From the NCBI RefSeq assembly GCF_009914755.1, contig NC_060929.1: a stretch of 64,000 nucleotides of DNA, one strand, 5' to 3'. The translations under genes were made by a program, and so were the position numbers. Shown in pieces: positions 29,702-45,080 of the stretch. Every line of letters starts with the position of its first letter. The stretch's first letter is position 1. Source of the stretch: the human T2T-CHM13v2.0 reference genome, Homo sapiens. The notes beneath the pieces were generated by a model. That model was not told the origin of the DNA and made no database searches. It was given only the letters and a program-made list of their open reading frames with translations.

Positions 29702-30796
29702 TTACTTAGTTTCACTTTGCTTATTATGATTAATAAAAATACAATTTAAAATCCCCAAACCATTTATTTTGAGAGGCAGAGGCTTCAAGATCTTTGTATT
29801 CAGTATGTAACTGAATAATTGGTTGGATTCCTCAATTTAAAATATACCAATAAATGGGGGATAGTGCCCCACCAGGTCTCAGGAGCAGAAGGGAGGCAGA
29901 TCTCACACCTGGAAATCTAATCCTTGGCATGGTCTGCCACCGAAGGAGTAGGGAGCAAATCCTGCCAAAGTCCTACCTGGGTCAAAGGAAATGCAAGAGT
30001 GGTGCCAGTTGCTGAAGGAAGCACCCACCAAAGCCTCTGAATGGACAAGGACGAGGGGAGTAATCTCTCGCCTCCCTGCCCCTTTTCTCAGTTCACTGTT
30101 GTGAACTTGGCAAAGGCTTTTCCCACCAGGATTTATGAGCATGGCCTTAAAGAGACAACTTCTTGAGTTTCTCCAGTGGCTTCACCCCTACTGAAGGTGA
30201 ACACTGGCTGGGGGAGGGTGCTTTTCATGCTTCTCCATTGCCTCTGCTCCTGCACCCACCAACCAGCTCTTACAATTAAGTGCTACCTACTGACTGTAGC
30301 CTGAAATACACGACCAATCAAAATTACATTGCTAAAACAAGCAACATCTGAGAAAGCCAGTTAACAAACCTATCTATATCCAAGAAACCTATATAGAGCC
30401 TTGGCACCCTGAAAGCGCCAAGAAACAAATCCAATCAATCACAAACAATACACACCACAGTCATACCCACAAGGGAAAAAAGAATAACAAATCAAGACGC
30501 CCCATCCAAATGATAGCAAACTAAAAAAAAAAAAGAGAGAGAGAAGTATCAGCTCTCTTAGATGAGAATGAACAGTGCAAGAACTCTGGCAATACAAAAA
30601 GCCAGAGTGTTTCATCATCTCTAAATGATCCCACTAGTTCCCCAGCAATGGATCCTAACCAGAATAAAAATTCTGAAATGACAGATAATTCAGAATATGG
30701 GTGGCAAAGAAACTGAATGGGACCCAGAAGGAAGCTGAAATCCAACATGAAGAAATCAGAAAAACAATTCAGAAACTGAAGATGACATAGCTGCTA

Positions 30797-30984
<188 letters not shown>

Positions 30985-31006
30985 GAAAACTCACTACAGG
31001 AATTTC

Positions 31007-31314
31007 TTTTTCTTTTCCTTTTTGAGACAGTCTCGCTCTGTTGCCCGAGCTGGAATGCAGTAGCATGATCATAGCTCACTGCAGCCTCAAACTCCTGGGC
31101 TCAACTGATCCTCCCACTTTAGCCACTGAAGCAGCTGGGACTACAGGTGCATGTCACCATGCCCAGATAATTTTTAAATTTTTTTCATAGAAACCAGGTC
31201 TCACTATGTTGGCCAGGCTGGTCTTGAACTCCTTGAACTTATGCAATCCTCCCAACTTGGCCTCCCAGTAGTTCTAACATGAATAGTTCTAGGCGTGAGC
31301 CACTGTGCCCAGCC
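31007..31314 (-). mobile_element. AluJ
   Basis: J-type dimer. TSD aggaatttc at 30998-31006 and 31315-31323. Confidence 0.9.
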
Positions 31315-32235
31315 AGGAATTTCAAACTACAATTGAAAGTCTTAACAACAGAATACATCAAGCAGAAGAAGGAATCTCAGAGCTCAAAGACTGGCCCTTC
31401 CAAGTCAACCCAGACAAAAATAAAGAAAAAATAATTGTAAAAACTGAATAAAGCCTTCAAGAAATATGGGATTATGTAAAGTGACCAAATCTATGACTTA
31501 CTGGCATTCCTGAGTGAGAAGAGAAAGTAAGCAACTAGGAAAACATATTTGAGGATATAATTAAGAAGTTTCTCTAATCTTGCTTAAATTGGTCAACATG
31601 CAGATACAAGAAATCCAGAGAACTCCTGCAAGATACTATACAAGATGACCTTCCCCAAGACACACAGTCATCAGACTATCCAAGATCAATGCAAAAATTC
31701 TTAAAAGGCAGCCATGGAAAAGAATCACATCACCAATAAAAGAAAATCCATGAGATTAACAGCAGAATTCTCAGCAGAAACCTTATAAGCCAAAAGAGAC
31801 TGGGGACCCATTTTTAGCATTCTTTAAGAAAAGAAATTTCTGCCAAGAATTTCATATCCCACCCAACTAAGCTTCACAAACAAAAGAGAAATACAGTTGT
31901 TCCCAGACAAGCAATCGCTAAAGGAACTGATCACTAGCAAAAAATGCCTGTGGGGTATCTGAACATGGAAATGAAAGAATGATACTTGCTACCACAAAAC
32001 ACATGCAAGCACATAGCCTACAGACCCAATAAAGCAACTACACAGTTGAGACTACCATGCAACTAGCTAACGACACCACACAGGAAGAAAACCTCAAATA
32101 TCAATATTAACCTTGAATGCAAACAATGTATACACTCCACTTAAAAGACACTGAGTGGCAAACTGGATGAAAAAACAAGACCCATCCTTCTACTGTCTTC
32201 AAGAGAGCAATCTCACATGTAATGACACACAAAGG

Positions 32236-32343
32236 CTCAAAGTAAAGATCTATCTATACAGAAAGATCTTTCTCAAAGTAAAGATCTATCTATACAGAAA
32301 GATCTTTCTCAAAGTAAAAATCTTTCTATAGAGAAAGATCTAT
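32236..32343. repeat. 36-bp x3 tandem repeat with quasi-palindromic unit
   Basis: ctcaaagtaaagatctatctatacagaaagatcttt at 32236 and 32272 (identical), and a diverged copy at 32308. Confidence 0.92.
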
Positions 32344-33087
32344 CATGCAAGTAAAAACAAAAAAGGGCAGAGGTTGTTATTCCTATATCAGATAAAATAG
32401 ACTTTAACAATAAAAAGGACAAAAAGTAATATTACATAATGATAAAGGGTTTTATTCAACAAATAAATAGGCACCCAACATTGGAGCACCCAAATCTATA
32501 AAACAATTACTTCTAGACCTAAGAAAAGACTTATATAGCCACACAATAATAAGGGAAGAATTTAACACCCCACAAAAGCTATTAAACAGATCATCAAGGC
32601 AGAAAACAAACAAACAAAAATCTGAACTTAAATTTGACACTTAATTAATTGAACCTAATAGACATCTATGGAATACTCCACCCAACAACAACAAAATATA
32701 TATTATTCTCATCTGCACACAGAACATATTTCAGGATTGCTGACATGCTTGGTCATAATACAAGTCTTGGTAAATTTTTTGAAAAAACTAAATTAAAAAA
32801 TAAAATAAATAAAAAATGAATCATACGAAACATCTTCTCAGACCATGGTGGAATAAAAATAGAAATCAACACCATGAAGAACTCTCAAAACCACACAAAC
32901 TATATATGGATATCATTACATAAAAGTCTTGAATGACTTCTGGATAAACAATGAAATTAAAGTAAAAATCAAAAAATTCTTTTAAACAAACAAAAATAGA
33001 GACACATACACCTCTGGGATGTGGCAAAAGCATTCAGAGGAAAGTTTGTAGTGCTAAATGACTGCATCAAGAAAACAGAAAAATCTT

Positions 33088-33406
<319 letters not shown>

Positions 33407-33936
33407 TCAAAATTAACAACCTATCCTTGCACCTAAGGGAACTAGAAAAACAAGAACAAATTAAATTCAAAGCTGGTAGAAGGAAAAAATAATTAAAATC
33501 AGAACAGAACTAAATGAAATTGAGAACCCAAAAAACCATCCAAATGATCAACAAAATAAAAAATTTGGTTCTTTGAAAGATAAATAAAATTGATAAACTG
33601 TTAGCTAGATTAACAAAGAAATAAATCTATGCACAATCAGAAATGACAAAGATGACATCACAATTGATCCCAGAGAGATATAAAAGATCCTCAGAGACTA
33701 CTATATACATCTCTATGCACACAGACTAGAAAATTTAGAGGAAATGGATACATTCCCTGAAACACACAACCTCCCAAGATAGAATGAGGAAGAAACAACA
33801 ATATCGAACAAGTGATGAAACTGAATCAGTAATTTAAAAAAACTACCAACCAAAAAAAGCCCTGGAACAGATTGATTCACAGCTGAATTCTACCAATTCT
33901 ACTAGATACGCAAAGAGCTAGTACCAATCCCATTGA

Positions 33937-34131
<195 letters not shown>

Positions 34132-34491
34132 TAGTTCACCATATGCAAATCAATAAATGTGATTCATTACATAAATAGAATTAAAAACAAAAACGATTTT
34201 TTGTTATTTATTGTTATTGAGATGATCATTCATCTCAACAGACACAGAAAAATGCTTTCATTAAATCCAACATCCTTCATGATAAAAACCCTCAACAAAC
34301 TAGCCATCGAAGGAACACATCTCAAAATAATAAGAGTCATCTATGAAAAACACACACCCAATATCATACCGTACAGGCAAAAGTTAGAAGTATTCCCCCT
34401 AAGAAGATATCCAGTCTCATCACTCCTATTCAAGATAGTACTGAAAGTCCTAGCCAGAGCAATCAGGCAAGAGGAAGAAATAAAAGGTATC

Positions 34492-34839
34492 TGATATGGT
34501 TTGTTTGGCTCTCTGTCCCAAACTTCAAATCTCATCTCGAATTGTAATCCCCACCTCTCAAGGGAGGGAAGTGATTACATTATGGGGACAGTTTCCCCCT
34601 TTCTGTTCTCATGATAGTGAGTGAATTTTCATGAGATCTGATGGTTTCATAAACAGGAGTTTTTCCTGTGCTCTCACATGCTTGAACTTCTCTCTCCTGC
34701 TGGATGTGAAGAAGGTCCTTGCTTGCCCTTTGCTTTCTGCTATGATTGTAAATTTCCTGAGGCCAATTAAAACCCTTTCCTTTACAAATTACACAGACTT
34801 GGGCATTTCTTTATAGAAGTGTGAGAATGGACTACTACA
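34492..34839 (+). mobile_element. THE1/MST MaLR solo LTR inserted in L1 ORF2
   Basis: Termini tgatatggtttg...gactactaca with 5-bp TSD gtatc/gcatc. The L1 ORF2 text resumes on both sides. Confidence 0.9.
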
Positions 34840-36883
34840 GCATCTAAATAGGAAAAGAGAAAGTCACATTATCTCTTTTCATTGCTGATATGATTCTATA
34901 TCTAGAAAACCCTAAAGATTCCACTATATGACTCCTAGACATGATAAATGACTTCAGCGAACTCTCAGGACGGAAAATCGAAACACAAAAATTAGCATTT
35001 CTATATACCAATAACATTCAAGCTGAGAACCAAATTAAGAATGCAATACCATTTACAATAGCCACTAAAAAAAAAAAATCTAAAAATACATCTAACATGG
35101 GAGGCAAAAGATCTCTAGAAGGAGAATTGCAAAACAGTGCTGAAAGACTCACAGATGACAAAAACAAATGGAAAAGAATTTCATGCTAATGAGTTGGAGG
35201 AATCAATATCATTAAAATATTTATACTGCCCAAAGCAATCTATGGATTCAATGATATTCCTATCAAATTACCAATGTCATTTTTCACAGAATTAGAAAAA
35301 GCTATTCTAAAATTCACATGGAACCAAAAAAGAGACCAAGTAGTCAAGCCAAACCTAAGCAAAAAAAAATAAAATAAAATAAAATCAAGCTGGAAGCATC
35401 ACATTACCTGAATTGAAACTATGCTACAAGGCTACAGTAAACAAAACAGCATGGTACTGGTACAAAAATAGATACATAGGCCAATGGAACAGAATACGGA
35501 CCCCCTGAAATAAAGTCACACACCACCAACCAACTGATCTTCAACAAAGTCAGTAAAAATAAACAATGGGGAAAGGATACCCTATTCAATAAATGGTGCT
35601 GGGAAAATTGGCTAACCATAGGCAGAAGAATAAAACTTGACCCCTACTTCTTACCATATAGAAAAATTAACCCAACATGGATTAAAGACTTACATGTAAG
35701 ACCTCAAACTAAAAATCCTAGAAGAGAACCTAGGAAATACTCTTCCAGATGGTGGCCTAAGCAAAGAATTTATGACAAAGTCCTCAAAAGCAAATGCAAC
35801 AAAAACAAAAATTGACAACTGGGACCTAATTAAACTACAGAGCTTCTATGCTACAAAGGAAACTGTCAAACGAGTTAACTGACAATCTATAGAACAGAAG
35901 AAATTATTTTAAAACTATGCATCTGACAAAGGATTAATATCTAGAATCTGTAAGGTGCTTAAACTATTGAACAACCAAAAAACAAATAACCTCATCAAAA
36001 AGTGGGCAAAGGTCCACGTTTGAACAGTTCTCAAAAGAGATATACAAGCAGCCAACAAACATGAAAAAAATGCTCAAATCACTAATCACCAGAGAGATGC
36101 AAATCAAAGCCACTATGAGATACCTTCTCACAATATTCAAATGGCTGTTATTCAAAAGTTAGAAAATAAAAGATGTTGGTGAGGCTGCAGAGGAAAGAGA
36201 ACACTTATACATTGTTGGTGGGAATGTAAGTTAGTTAGCCCCTGTGGAAAGCAGTTTGTTGATTTCTGAAAGAACTAAAAATGGACTTAGCACTCAAACC
36301 AGCAATCCCATTACTGTGTATACAACCAAAGAAAAATAAATCATTCTACCAAAAAGATACCTGCACTCATATGTTTATTGTAGCACTATTCACAATAGCA
36401 AAGACATAGAGTCAACCCAGGTGTCCATCAATAGTATGGACTGAATAAAGAAAATGTGGTACACATACATGATGGAATACTATGCAGCCAGAAAAAAGAA
36501 TGAAATCATGTCCTTTGCAGCACCATGGATGCAGCTGAAGACCATTATCCTAAGTGAATTAATGCAGAAACAAAACCAAATACTACATGTTCTCACTTAT
36601 AAGTGAGAGCTAAACATTGGGTAGACATGGGCACAAAGATGGGAACAATAAACACTAGGGAATGCAAAAGTAGGCAGGGAGGGAAGAAAGGAGGGAAGGT
36701 AAGGGTTGAAAAACTAACTATCAGGTACTATGTTCACTAGTTGGGTGATGAACTCATTAGATGCCCAGACCTCAGCATCATGCAATATACCCATGTAACA
36801 AACCTGCACATGTACCCACTGAATCCAAAATTTAAAAATAAATAAAATATTCTTTCTATATTACAAAAAATAAAATGTACCAA

Positions 36884-37215
36884 GATTATAGATACCAGTG
36901 GCTGGAACGGGTGGGGTGGGGGTTGAGGGTGGAATGAAGAGATGGTAGTTAATGGATACAAACATACAGTTAGGTGGAAGGTAAAAATTCTAATGTTTGA
37001 TAACAGAGTAGGGCAATTATGGTTAGCAATAATGTACTGCATGTTAAGTAGCTAGAAGAGAGTACTTAAAATGTTCTTAACACACTGAAATGGTCAAGGT
37101 GACAAATACCCCACATACCCTGTCTTCATCATTACACATTCTATGCATATAACAAAGTATCACAAGTACCCCATAAATGTGTAAAATAATATGTATCAGT
37201 AACAGGAAATAAAAA
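36884..37215 (+). mobile_element. L1MA (L1MA4/5-like) 3' end
   Basis: gttaatggatacaaacatacagttagg...cattacacattctatgcat...gtaccccataaat. Confidence 0.8.
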
Positions 37216-37739
37216 CTTACAGCTTTTTAAAAACCAGTCTTACTCATTTCATCTCTAAACAGACCAATTGCAATTGGTAGGAGATTTCAGCTTTGAGCAA
37301 TGACCTGATTTAAAATGTGTTTATCCCCAGTGCAGTATGTTAGGAACATTCACAATGTGTAATATTTACCTTTAGGGCCAAGAAGTATATTATGGTTCAA
37401 TGGAAACAAATTTAGTATTACACCAGCACCATAATGTAGTGTTTCTACAAATAGTAAAAGTTAATAGGCAGGTGAAACCTATATATTGAATTTAATATTA
37501 CAGATTATTTTTTACGTTTTACAAAATGGGAAAATTTATCACTAATATTGATTAACCAAAAAAAGCAAATGTTGATGCTCAAATATTAAATAACCACTCT
37601 TGGAAAATATCAAATTTTGATATTTTTACAAAAAAACCCTGCATGCATAATTAGGCTTACTTTCTACTTTTTCCTGCTCTTACATTTTAGACGAATGTCT
37701 TATATATCACATTAAAATTTTGTTTTGTTGTTTTTCACT

Positions 37740-38950
37740 CAAGCTGGCAGGTTTTATTCTTTGTAGTTACTGAATCATTTTATCCCGTACCTTTTATTTA
37801 CCTTGCTTTTTCTATGTTTCTTTCTTTCTCTTCCTATATTTTAATAGGTTAAGTTTTCTTTATTTCTCACTCTCTGGTATAAAAGTGATATATTCTGGTT
37901 CTATTCCTCTAGTGACATCCTTAGAGTTTTAACATGAATACTTAGCATACTTACATCTAAAATTAATCTTCTTTTCTTGAATAGTTCAAAGACTTTAGAG
38001 AGATTTACCCCATCTTTTTAACGCATCTTACCTCCTTCATGTTATTTTTAAATAGTATATTTTTCTACCTTGGTTTTGTATTTGTTGTTGCTTATTATTG
38101 TTGTTGCTTTATATAGCTAAAGTTCCTTTACACTGCTCACAGCCTTACCAATTCCACTGCTCAGCATTCTTTCTTAGTTGCATCCCACTTTCTTTCTTCT
38201 TATTAATTCAGTTTGCTTCTTTGGTAGCTCTTTAGCAAAAGGTAAACTGTCAGCCTTTGTCTGAAAATATATGTATCTGAACCTAATTTTGAATTATGGT
38301 TTTATTTGAGCATACAATTCTGGATCAATAGTTATTTCCCCTGGTGTCTTCTGGTATCCACAGTTGTTAATGTTTCAGCTGTCAGTCTAGCTGAGGTTGT
38401 AGATAATCATGCTTCATTATCTGCTTGCTTTTATAATCTTCCCTATGCCTTTGATGTGCCAAAGATTCACTATAATACCTAGGTGTAGGTTCAGTTTTAT
38501 TAATCCTCCTGAGGACTCAATGTAGTTCCTGAATCTTTTACCAATTCAAGACAATTCACAGATAATGTTTCTTCAAATATTTCCTCACTCTTTCTTTTTC
38601 TAGAACTCCTATTAATACATGCTAAACATTTTCATTCTACTATCCCTGTTATAAGCTCTTTTTCATATTTTCCATCTCTTTTTAAAATCTTTCTGAGCTA
38701 TATACTAAGTAATTTTATTGAGATAAGTTATCTTCTAGTAGACCAACTCTCCCTTCAGCTATGTCTAATCTTCTATTTAAGTAGGCTGTTGAATTTTAAC
38801 TTGACTATATTTTGATTTATATACATTTCATTTGGTATTATTTAAAATCTATTCTTTTAAAATATTTTGTTAACCTTTTTAATGTTTTCAAGCATTTTAA
38901 ATATTTATTTTAAGGTCTCTGACTCATAGTTCTATTATCAAAAGATAATA
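37740..38950 (-). mobile_element. Ancient HAL1/L1ME-like fragment
   Basis: T-rich degenerate antisense ORF1 motifs (cttcagctatgtctaatct, tttgtctgaaaat). Boundaries approximate. Confidence 0.5.
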
Positions 38951-39119
38951 TGCCTATAGCTCTCCATTATAGTCATATTTTTAAAAATAAGCTTAAGGCA
39001 TACCACCTTCATAGAGCTTTTCCCCTAAAATATTTGCCTTTCTCTGATTTCCTTTGTCAGCCAAAGTCTACTCAGCAAATAATTATTCACTAGCTTTTAC
39101 TTTTCTGATTACTGTATTT

Positions 39120-39425
<306 letters not shown>

Positions 39426-40582
39426 TGATTATTATATTTAAGTCTCATTTCCTCTGCTTGATGTAAGTTCCTTGAGAAGAAAGACTGTAGTTTTACTTAA
39501 TCCTAACTCAAAACCAAGTAGAACAATGTACTTAACAAATTTTTGTTGGTTTTTAACTATTTTTAATCATTTATTAATACATTAACAGAAACAGACTCTA
39601 AAAGAGAACCCTGAAACACAGATGATTATCCATTTACCCTCCCAATTCTTTCTGGAGATTTCTCAATCCCATAAGTTTGAGACTAAAATATTTAATATAA
39701 TATTTAATAAACAATAATAAAATATTTAATATACATGGTATTCTTAGATTTTAGGGTGAAAGGGTAGCTAATATGAACAGGCCCGAGGTTAATTTTGGGT
39801 ATTTTATGATATTTTATTCAGTGTTTATATGTAAAAATACTGCAGCTAAAATCCAGCATGATTAAATCCAAAGTTAACTCATGTCACAATAAGCAATGAA
39901 GTTCATCACTAGATAATCTGAGCATCTGTAGTACTTCCACTGAAAGAAGCACTGAAAAAAATACTGAAGTCTGCAGAGTACACCACCCCCACAGTCCCTT
40001 CAGTCTCTACTCCTTCCTAACAGCCAACTTTACCTCTCCAGATACAAATAGAAAACATTACCTAGTCACTTCACATTGCTAGGAGTGGTAATTCAGCATC
40101 CATTTCATATTACTGGCCAAGAAGAGGAATAGAAGAGTCCTGGCCATCTCAAAAACAAAAAAAAAGTAATCTTCCCTTCAATATTTTCAGGCTGTGATAT
40201 TGGGAATGCAATGAGAGGAAGGCAGAAAAAAAATCACCTATATTTCCTCCTTTGTCAGGTCTCATTTTTCTGTTTCAGGGCTTCATCTGAGTTTCAAAAT
40301 TAAATTAAATTGAAAATTCCTTGCGCTGATGTCAGTATGCACTCCTATTTTCTACTACATATACACATATGTATACAGATAAAATGGATATAAATAAATA
40401 TATATATACTGCATCCTATTTACTTCTAAATTTACCTATCTGCAGAAAGTAAAAGCTGAATATATATGTATGTACATGCACAGACACACAAATATATTTG
40501 CTGAGGGCCTAAAAGCACCGGCATCACTAGCAATGCACAGATCTTGGGGTGGGGCAGGTGTGTGCATGTGCATGTGTCTAAA

Positions 40583-41219
40583 CAGTCATGCAATACTTAG
40601 TGAAGGGGATATATTCTGAGAAATGCATCATTAGGTGACTTTGTTGCTGTATGAACATCATAGACTGCACTTTCAGAAACTCAGATAGCACAACCTACTA
40701 CACATCTAGGCTACATGGTATAGCCTACTACTCCTAGGCTACAAACTTGTACAGTATGATACCGTACTAAATACTGTGGGCAACTGTGACATAAGGGTGT
40801 ATTTCTGTATCTAAATATACCTAAAAAGGGAAGGGCACAGTGGCTCATGCCGGTAATCCCAGCACTTTGGGAGGCTGAGGTGGGCGGATCACCTGAGTTC
40901 AGGAATTCAAGACCAGCCTAGCCAACATGGCGAAACCCCACCTCTACTAAAAATACAAACATTAGGCAGGCATGGTGGCATGCACCTGTAGCCTCAAGCT
41001 ACCTGGGAGGCTAAGGTAGGAGAATCGCTTGAACTCAGGAGGCAGAGGTTGCAGTGAACCGAGATTGCACCACTGTACTCCAGACTGGGCAACAAAGTGA
41101 GACTCCGATACACACCTAAACATAGAAAAGGTAGAGTAGAAAGACAATATTTTAATCTTACGGAGCCACCTTATATATGTGGTCCATTGTTGACCACATC
41201 ATTATGTTGTTTATGGCTG
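40583..41219. mobile_element. Tigger3a (MER7/Golem) DNA transposon interrupted by an Alu
   Basis: Termini cagtcatg...tatggctg and internal ttctgagaaatgcatcattagg, cctaggctacaaac, taaacatagaaaaggta. Confidence 0.85.
40829..41107 (+). mobile_element. AluS lacking a poly(A) tail
   Basis: Ends gtgagactccg and runs directly into atacacacctaaa. Confidence 0.88.
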
Positions 41220-41224
41220 TGGAG

Positions 41225-41226
<2 letters not shown>

Positions 41227-41272
<46 letters not shown>
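41227..41272. repeat. (TG)n microsatellite, about 22 units
   Basis: Uninterrupted GT dinucleotide run. Confidence 0.95.
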
Positions 41273-41274
<2 letters not shown>

Positions 41275-42240
41275 ATGTCCAATTCCCCACTAAGAGGAGT
41301 CAGAGCTCACTGGAGAAAAGGCTCATTCAAGACCTGGAGCACAGAAAGTACAAGATAAATCTAAAAAGTATTTTTTGTACCAAAAATTAAGAAAATACTG
41401 AAAGAGTGGCTTATACATTTTAAAAGAACACAGAAATCTGCCTGATGAGGATCCTTCTGGCTAAATCTGGGATAATTTAGGCATCAAAATAATGGCAGCA
41501 ATAGATCATATCACCTTTTAAATAAAACAAGAATCTATGAGTCCATAATGATATAAATAAAGTAAAAGGGAAGGAGGAAGAATGCTCTTCCTTACAGCAG
41601 AATCCCAACTAATACATAGAGAGGAAATGACATAGTTAGAAAATCAATGGATGCTAAAATTAGTAGGTAAAAGATTCATAGTTTCAAGTATCTTCCCCCA
41701 AATTACTTATTAATTACAAAGAGAAAAATAATAGTACTTTTGTGGTGAGATCTGAAAGACATCACCAATACTGGAACAGGTCAAAATCACACGCTCTTGA
41801 TATCATGCTTGGAGGATAAAAGATCACTTCGAAAGTACTTCTGCCAAAAATGCATAACCTGAATCGAATCATGAGAAAACACATATAACATTCAAATTGA
41901 GAGCCATTCTACAAATACCCTGTACTCCTCAAAAAATGTCAAGGTCAAGAAAGATAAAGAGAAGATAAGGAGTTGTTAAAGAATAAAGAGACATGACAAC
42001 TAAATGCAATGTGTGAACCTGGATTTGATCCTGTACTTCACGAAAAGTAGCTATTTATTAAGTATATTATGCAACATTAGCAAAATTTAAACATAATCTA
42101 TAGAATAATATTTTATTAATGCAAAATTTCTTGATTCTGATAATTATAAAGAGAATGTTCTTGTTCTTAAGAAATATACACAAATATATTAGTAGTAAAG
42201 GGGGATAATGTTTTGAAAATATGCAAATGTTTCAGAAAAA
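41273..42240 (+). mobile_element. L1MC4/L1ME-like 3'UTR
   Basis: cattctacaaat...gtcaaggtcaagaaag...gacatgacaactaaatgcaatgtgtga motif. Confidence 0.65.
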
Positions 42241-43399
42241 GATTAAGTAATATATAACACAGGAATTTACATAATTACAAGGAACCATATATATAAGTGT
42301 GAAAATATAACAAAACAAAAAGTTATTTTAAAATTTCTCAAACTGTTCATATTTCTAGTTCAGATGCTACTGACATTGCATCTTTAGCCACAGGTTATTT
42401 CAATAAAAATGCAGCAGATGACAAATAGGGTAATAACAATTTGCTTTCATCAAAAGACTTTAATTTCTTAAAATGTTGCAAGACTACAACTATACTTACG
42501 GATATTTTCACCCATTGTTGTTTGTCAAAATCAAGACAACTGAAGTAAATGCCATACTTTGTTGTTTTGTGCCATTGTTTATCCCCTATATAAAATTATC
42601 TTAACTTCCCCATTGTCTTCAATTCCCCAAAACTCAAATCAAATACTACCCTCCAAACTGAAGTTTTTACTGACTTTGCCAATGAATTCTGTGCCCTTCT
42701 TTTAACATGTGTCATTCCATCATGATTATCTCATATTCTCATTTGTGTACTGAACTATAAGCACCTTATAAATAAGAATTATATCCTACTTCATTGTAGC
42801 ATAAACCACAATACAGGTGCACAATACATGAATAATGAATGAATGAAAAAAATTTAATTAGTAGTGCCTGCAGACATGTGACACTTTTTATAAAGAACTA
42901 TATGAAAAACAATATTTTAAAAAGGAAGTTCTGTATTGTAAAATTCACAATTTAAAAATGAAAACAATATAACATGATATACATTGAGAGGTCTCACTTC
43001 CTTCATCCCTGTCCTCCTCCATTGTATTCACCCTCATTCTATCTCCTACAGGAAATCTTAATATCCGTTTCTTATACATCCTTTTAATGTTTCTCTGAGC
43101 CAATACAGTCATATAAAATTTTTATTTTCTCTTCTTTCTTAAAAAAGGACAGTACACTAAACACTCTGTGTTGCACAGTGTAGTCTTATTATCCCCTCTT
43201 TCTTATAGCAGACTAAATGTGCTGTGTTACTTTATCACCTAAAAATTTACCCTGGTGAACTCCCCTGTCAGTAATAGAGATTGTCTTCATTCTTTTTTAC
43301 TAGTCATAGCAACATTCCATTGTGTGGATCTATCATGGTTTAATCAATCAATTTTTAAGTTACTTAATGCTTCTCAAAAATATTCACTAAGAAAAACAT

Positions 43400-45080
43400 G
43401 CCCTCTCCCTCTCTCTCTCCCTCTCCCTCTTTCCATGGTCTCCCCCTCTCCCTCTTTCCACGGTCTCCCCCTCTCCCTCTTCTCCATCTCCCGCTTTCCA
43501 CGGTCTCCCTCTATTACCGAGGCTGGACTGTATTGCCGCGATCTCCACTCACTGCAACCTCCCTGCCTGATTCTCCTGCCTCAGCCTGCCGAGTGCCTGG
43601 GATTGCAGGCGCGCGCCGCCACGCCTGACTGGATTTTGTATTTTTTGGTGGAGACGGGGTTTCGCCCTGTTGGCCGGGCTGGTCTCCTGCTCCTGACCTC
43701 TGGTGATCTGCCCGCCTCGGCCTCCCGAGGTGCCGGGATTGCAGACGGAGTCTCGCTCACTCAGTACTCAATGTTGCCCAGGCTGGAGTGCAGTGGCGTG
43801 ATCTCGGCTGGCTACAACCTCCACCTCCCAGCCGCCTGCCTTGGCCTCCCAAAGTGCTGAGATTGCAGCCTCTGCCCCGCCGCCACCCCGTCTGGGAAGT
43901 GAGGAGCGTCTCTGCCTGGCCGCCCATCATCTGGGATATGAGGAGCCCCTCTGCCCGGCCACCCAGTCTGGGAAGTGAGGAGCGCCTCTTCCCGGCCGTC
44001 ATCCCATCTAGGAAGTGAGGAGCGTCTCTGCCTGGCCGCCTATCGTCTGGGATGTGGGGAGCGCCTCTGCCTGGCCACCCGTCTGGGATGTGAGGAGCGC
44101 CTCTGCCCGGCCGCCCCGTCTGGGAGGTGAGGAGCGTCTCTACCCTGCCGCCACCCCGTCTGGGAGGTGAGGAGCGCCTCTGCCCGGCCGCCACCCAGTC
44201 TGGGAAGTGAGGAGCGCCTCTGCCTGGCCGCGACCCTGTCTGGGAACTGAGGAGCCCCTCTGCCCGGCTGCCCGGTCTGAGAAGTGAGGAGCCCCTCCAC
44301 CCAGCAGCCGCCCCATCTGGGAGGTGGGGGGCGCCCCCGCCCAGCAGCCGCCCCATCTGGGAGGTGGGGGGCGCCCCCGCCCGGCAGCCACCGTGTCTGG
44401 TAGGTGAGGGGCGCCCCCGCCCGGCAGCTGCCCCCTCTGGGAGGTGGGGGGCGCCTCTGCCCGGCTGCCCCATCTGGGGGGTGGGGGGGCCCCTCTGCCC
44501 GGCCGCCACGTCTGGGAAGTGAGGAGCCCCTCTGCCCGGCTGCCACCCCGTTTGGGAGGTGTACCCAACAGCTCATTGAGAACGGGCCATGATGACGATG
44601 GCGGTTCTGTCTAATGGAAAAGGGGGAAGTGTGGGGAGAGGAGAGATCAGAGTGTTACTGTGTCTATGTAGAAAGAAGTAGACATAGGAGACTCCATTTT
44701 GTTCTGTACTAAGAAAAACTCTTCTGCCTTGGGATGCTGTTAATCTATAACCTTACCCCCAACCCGGTGCTCTCGGAAACATGTGCTGTGTCAACTCAGG
44801 GTTAAATGGATTAAGGGCGGTGCAAGATGTGCTTTGTTAAACAGATGCTTGAAGGCAGCATGCTAGTTAAGAGTCATCACCACTCCCTAATCTCAAGTAC
44901 CCAGGGACACAAACACTGCAGAAGGCCGCAGGGTCCTCTGCCTAGGAAAACCAGAGACCTTTGTTCACATGTTTATCTGCTGACCTTCTCTCCACTATTG
45001 TCCTATGACCCTGCCAAATCCCCCTCTCCGAGAAACACCCAAGAATGATCAATAAATACTAAAAAAATTTAAAAAAAAAG
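43400..45080 (+). mobile_element. Full-length SVA (older SVA_B/C-like)
   Basis: (CCCTCT)n 43401-43510, antisense Alu-like region to ~43870, GC-rich VNTR to ~44555, SINE-R to aataaa at 45051, then an A-tail. TSD aagaaaaac at 43389-43397 and 45078-45086. Confidence 0.96.

Noticed and set aside
32236-32343. 36-bp palindromic repeats resembling CRISPR direct repeats
   Set aside because: No unique spacers, primate L1 context and no cas genes. It is a tandem minisatellite.
43255-44592. Long ORFs of 142-250 aa on both strands
   Set aside because: They lie inside the GC-rich SVA Alu-like and VNTR regions and give repetitive, stop-poor translations, not genes.
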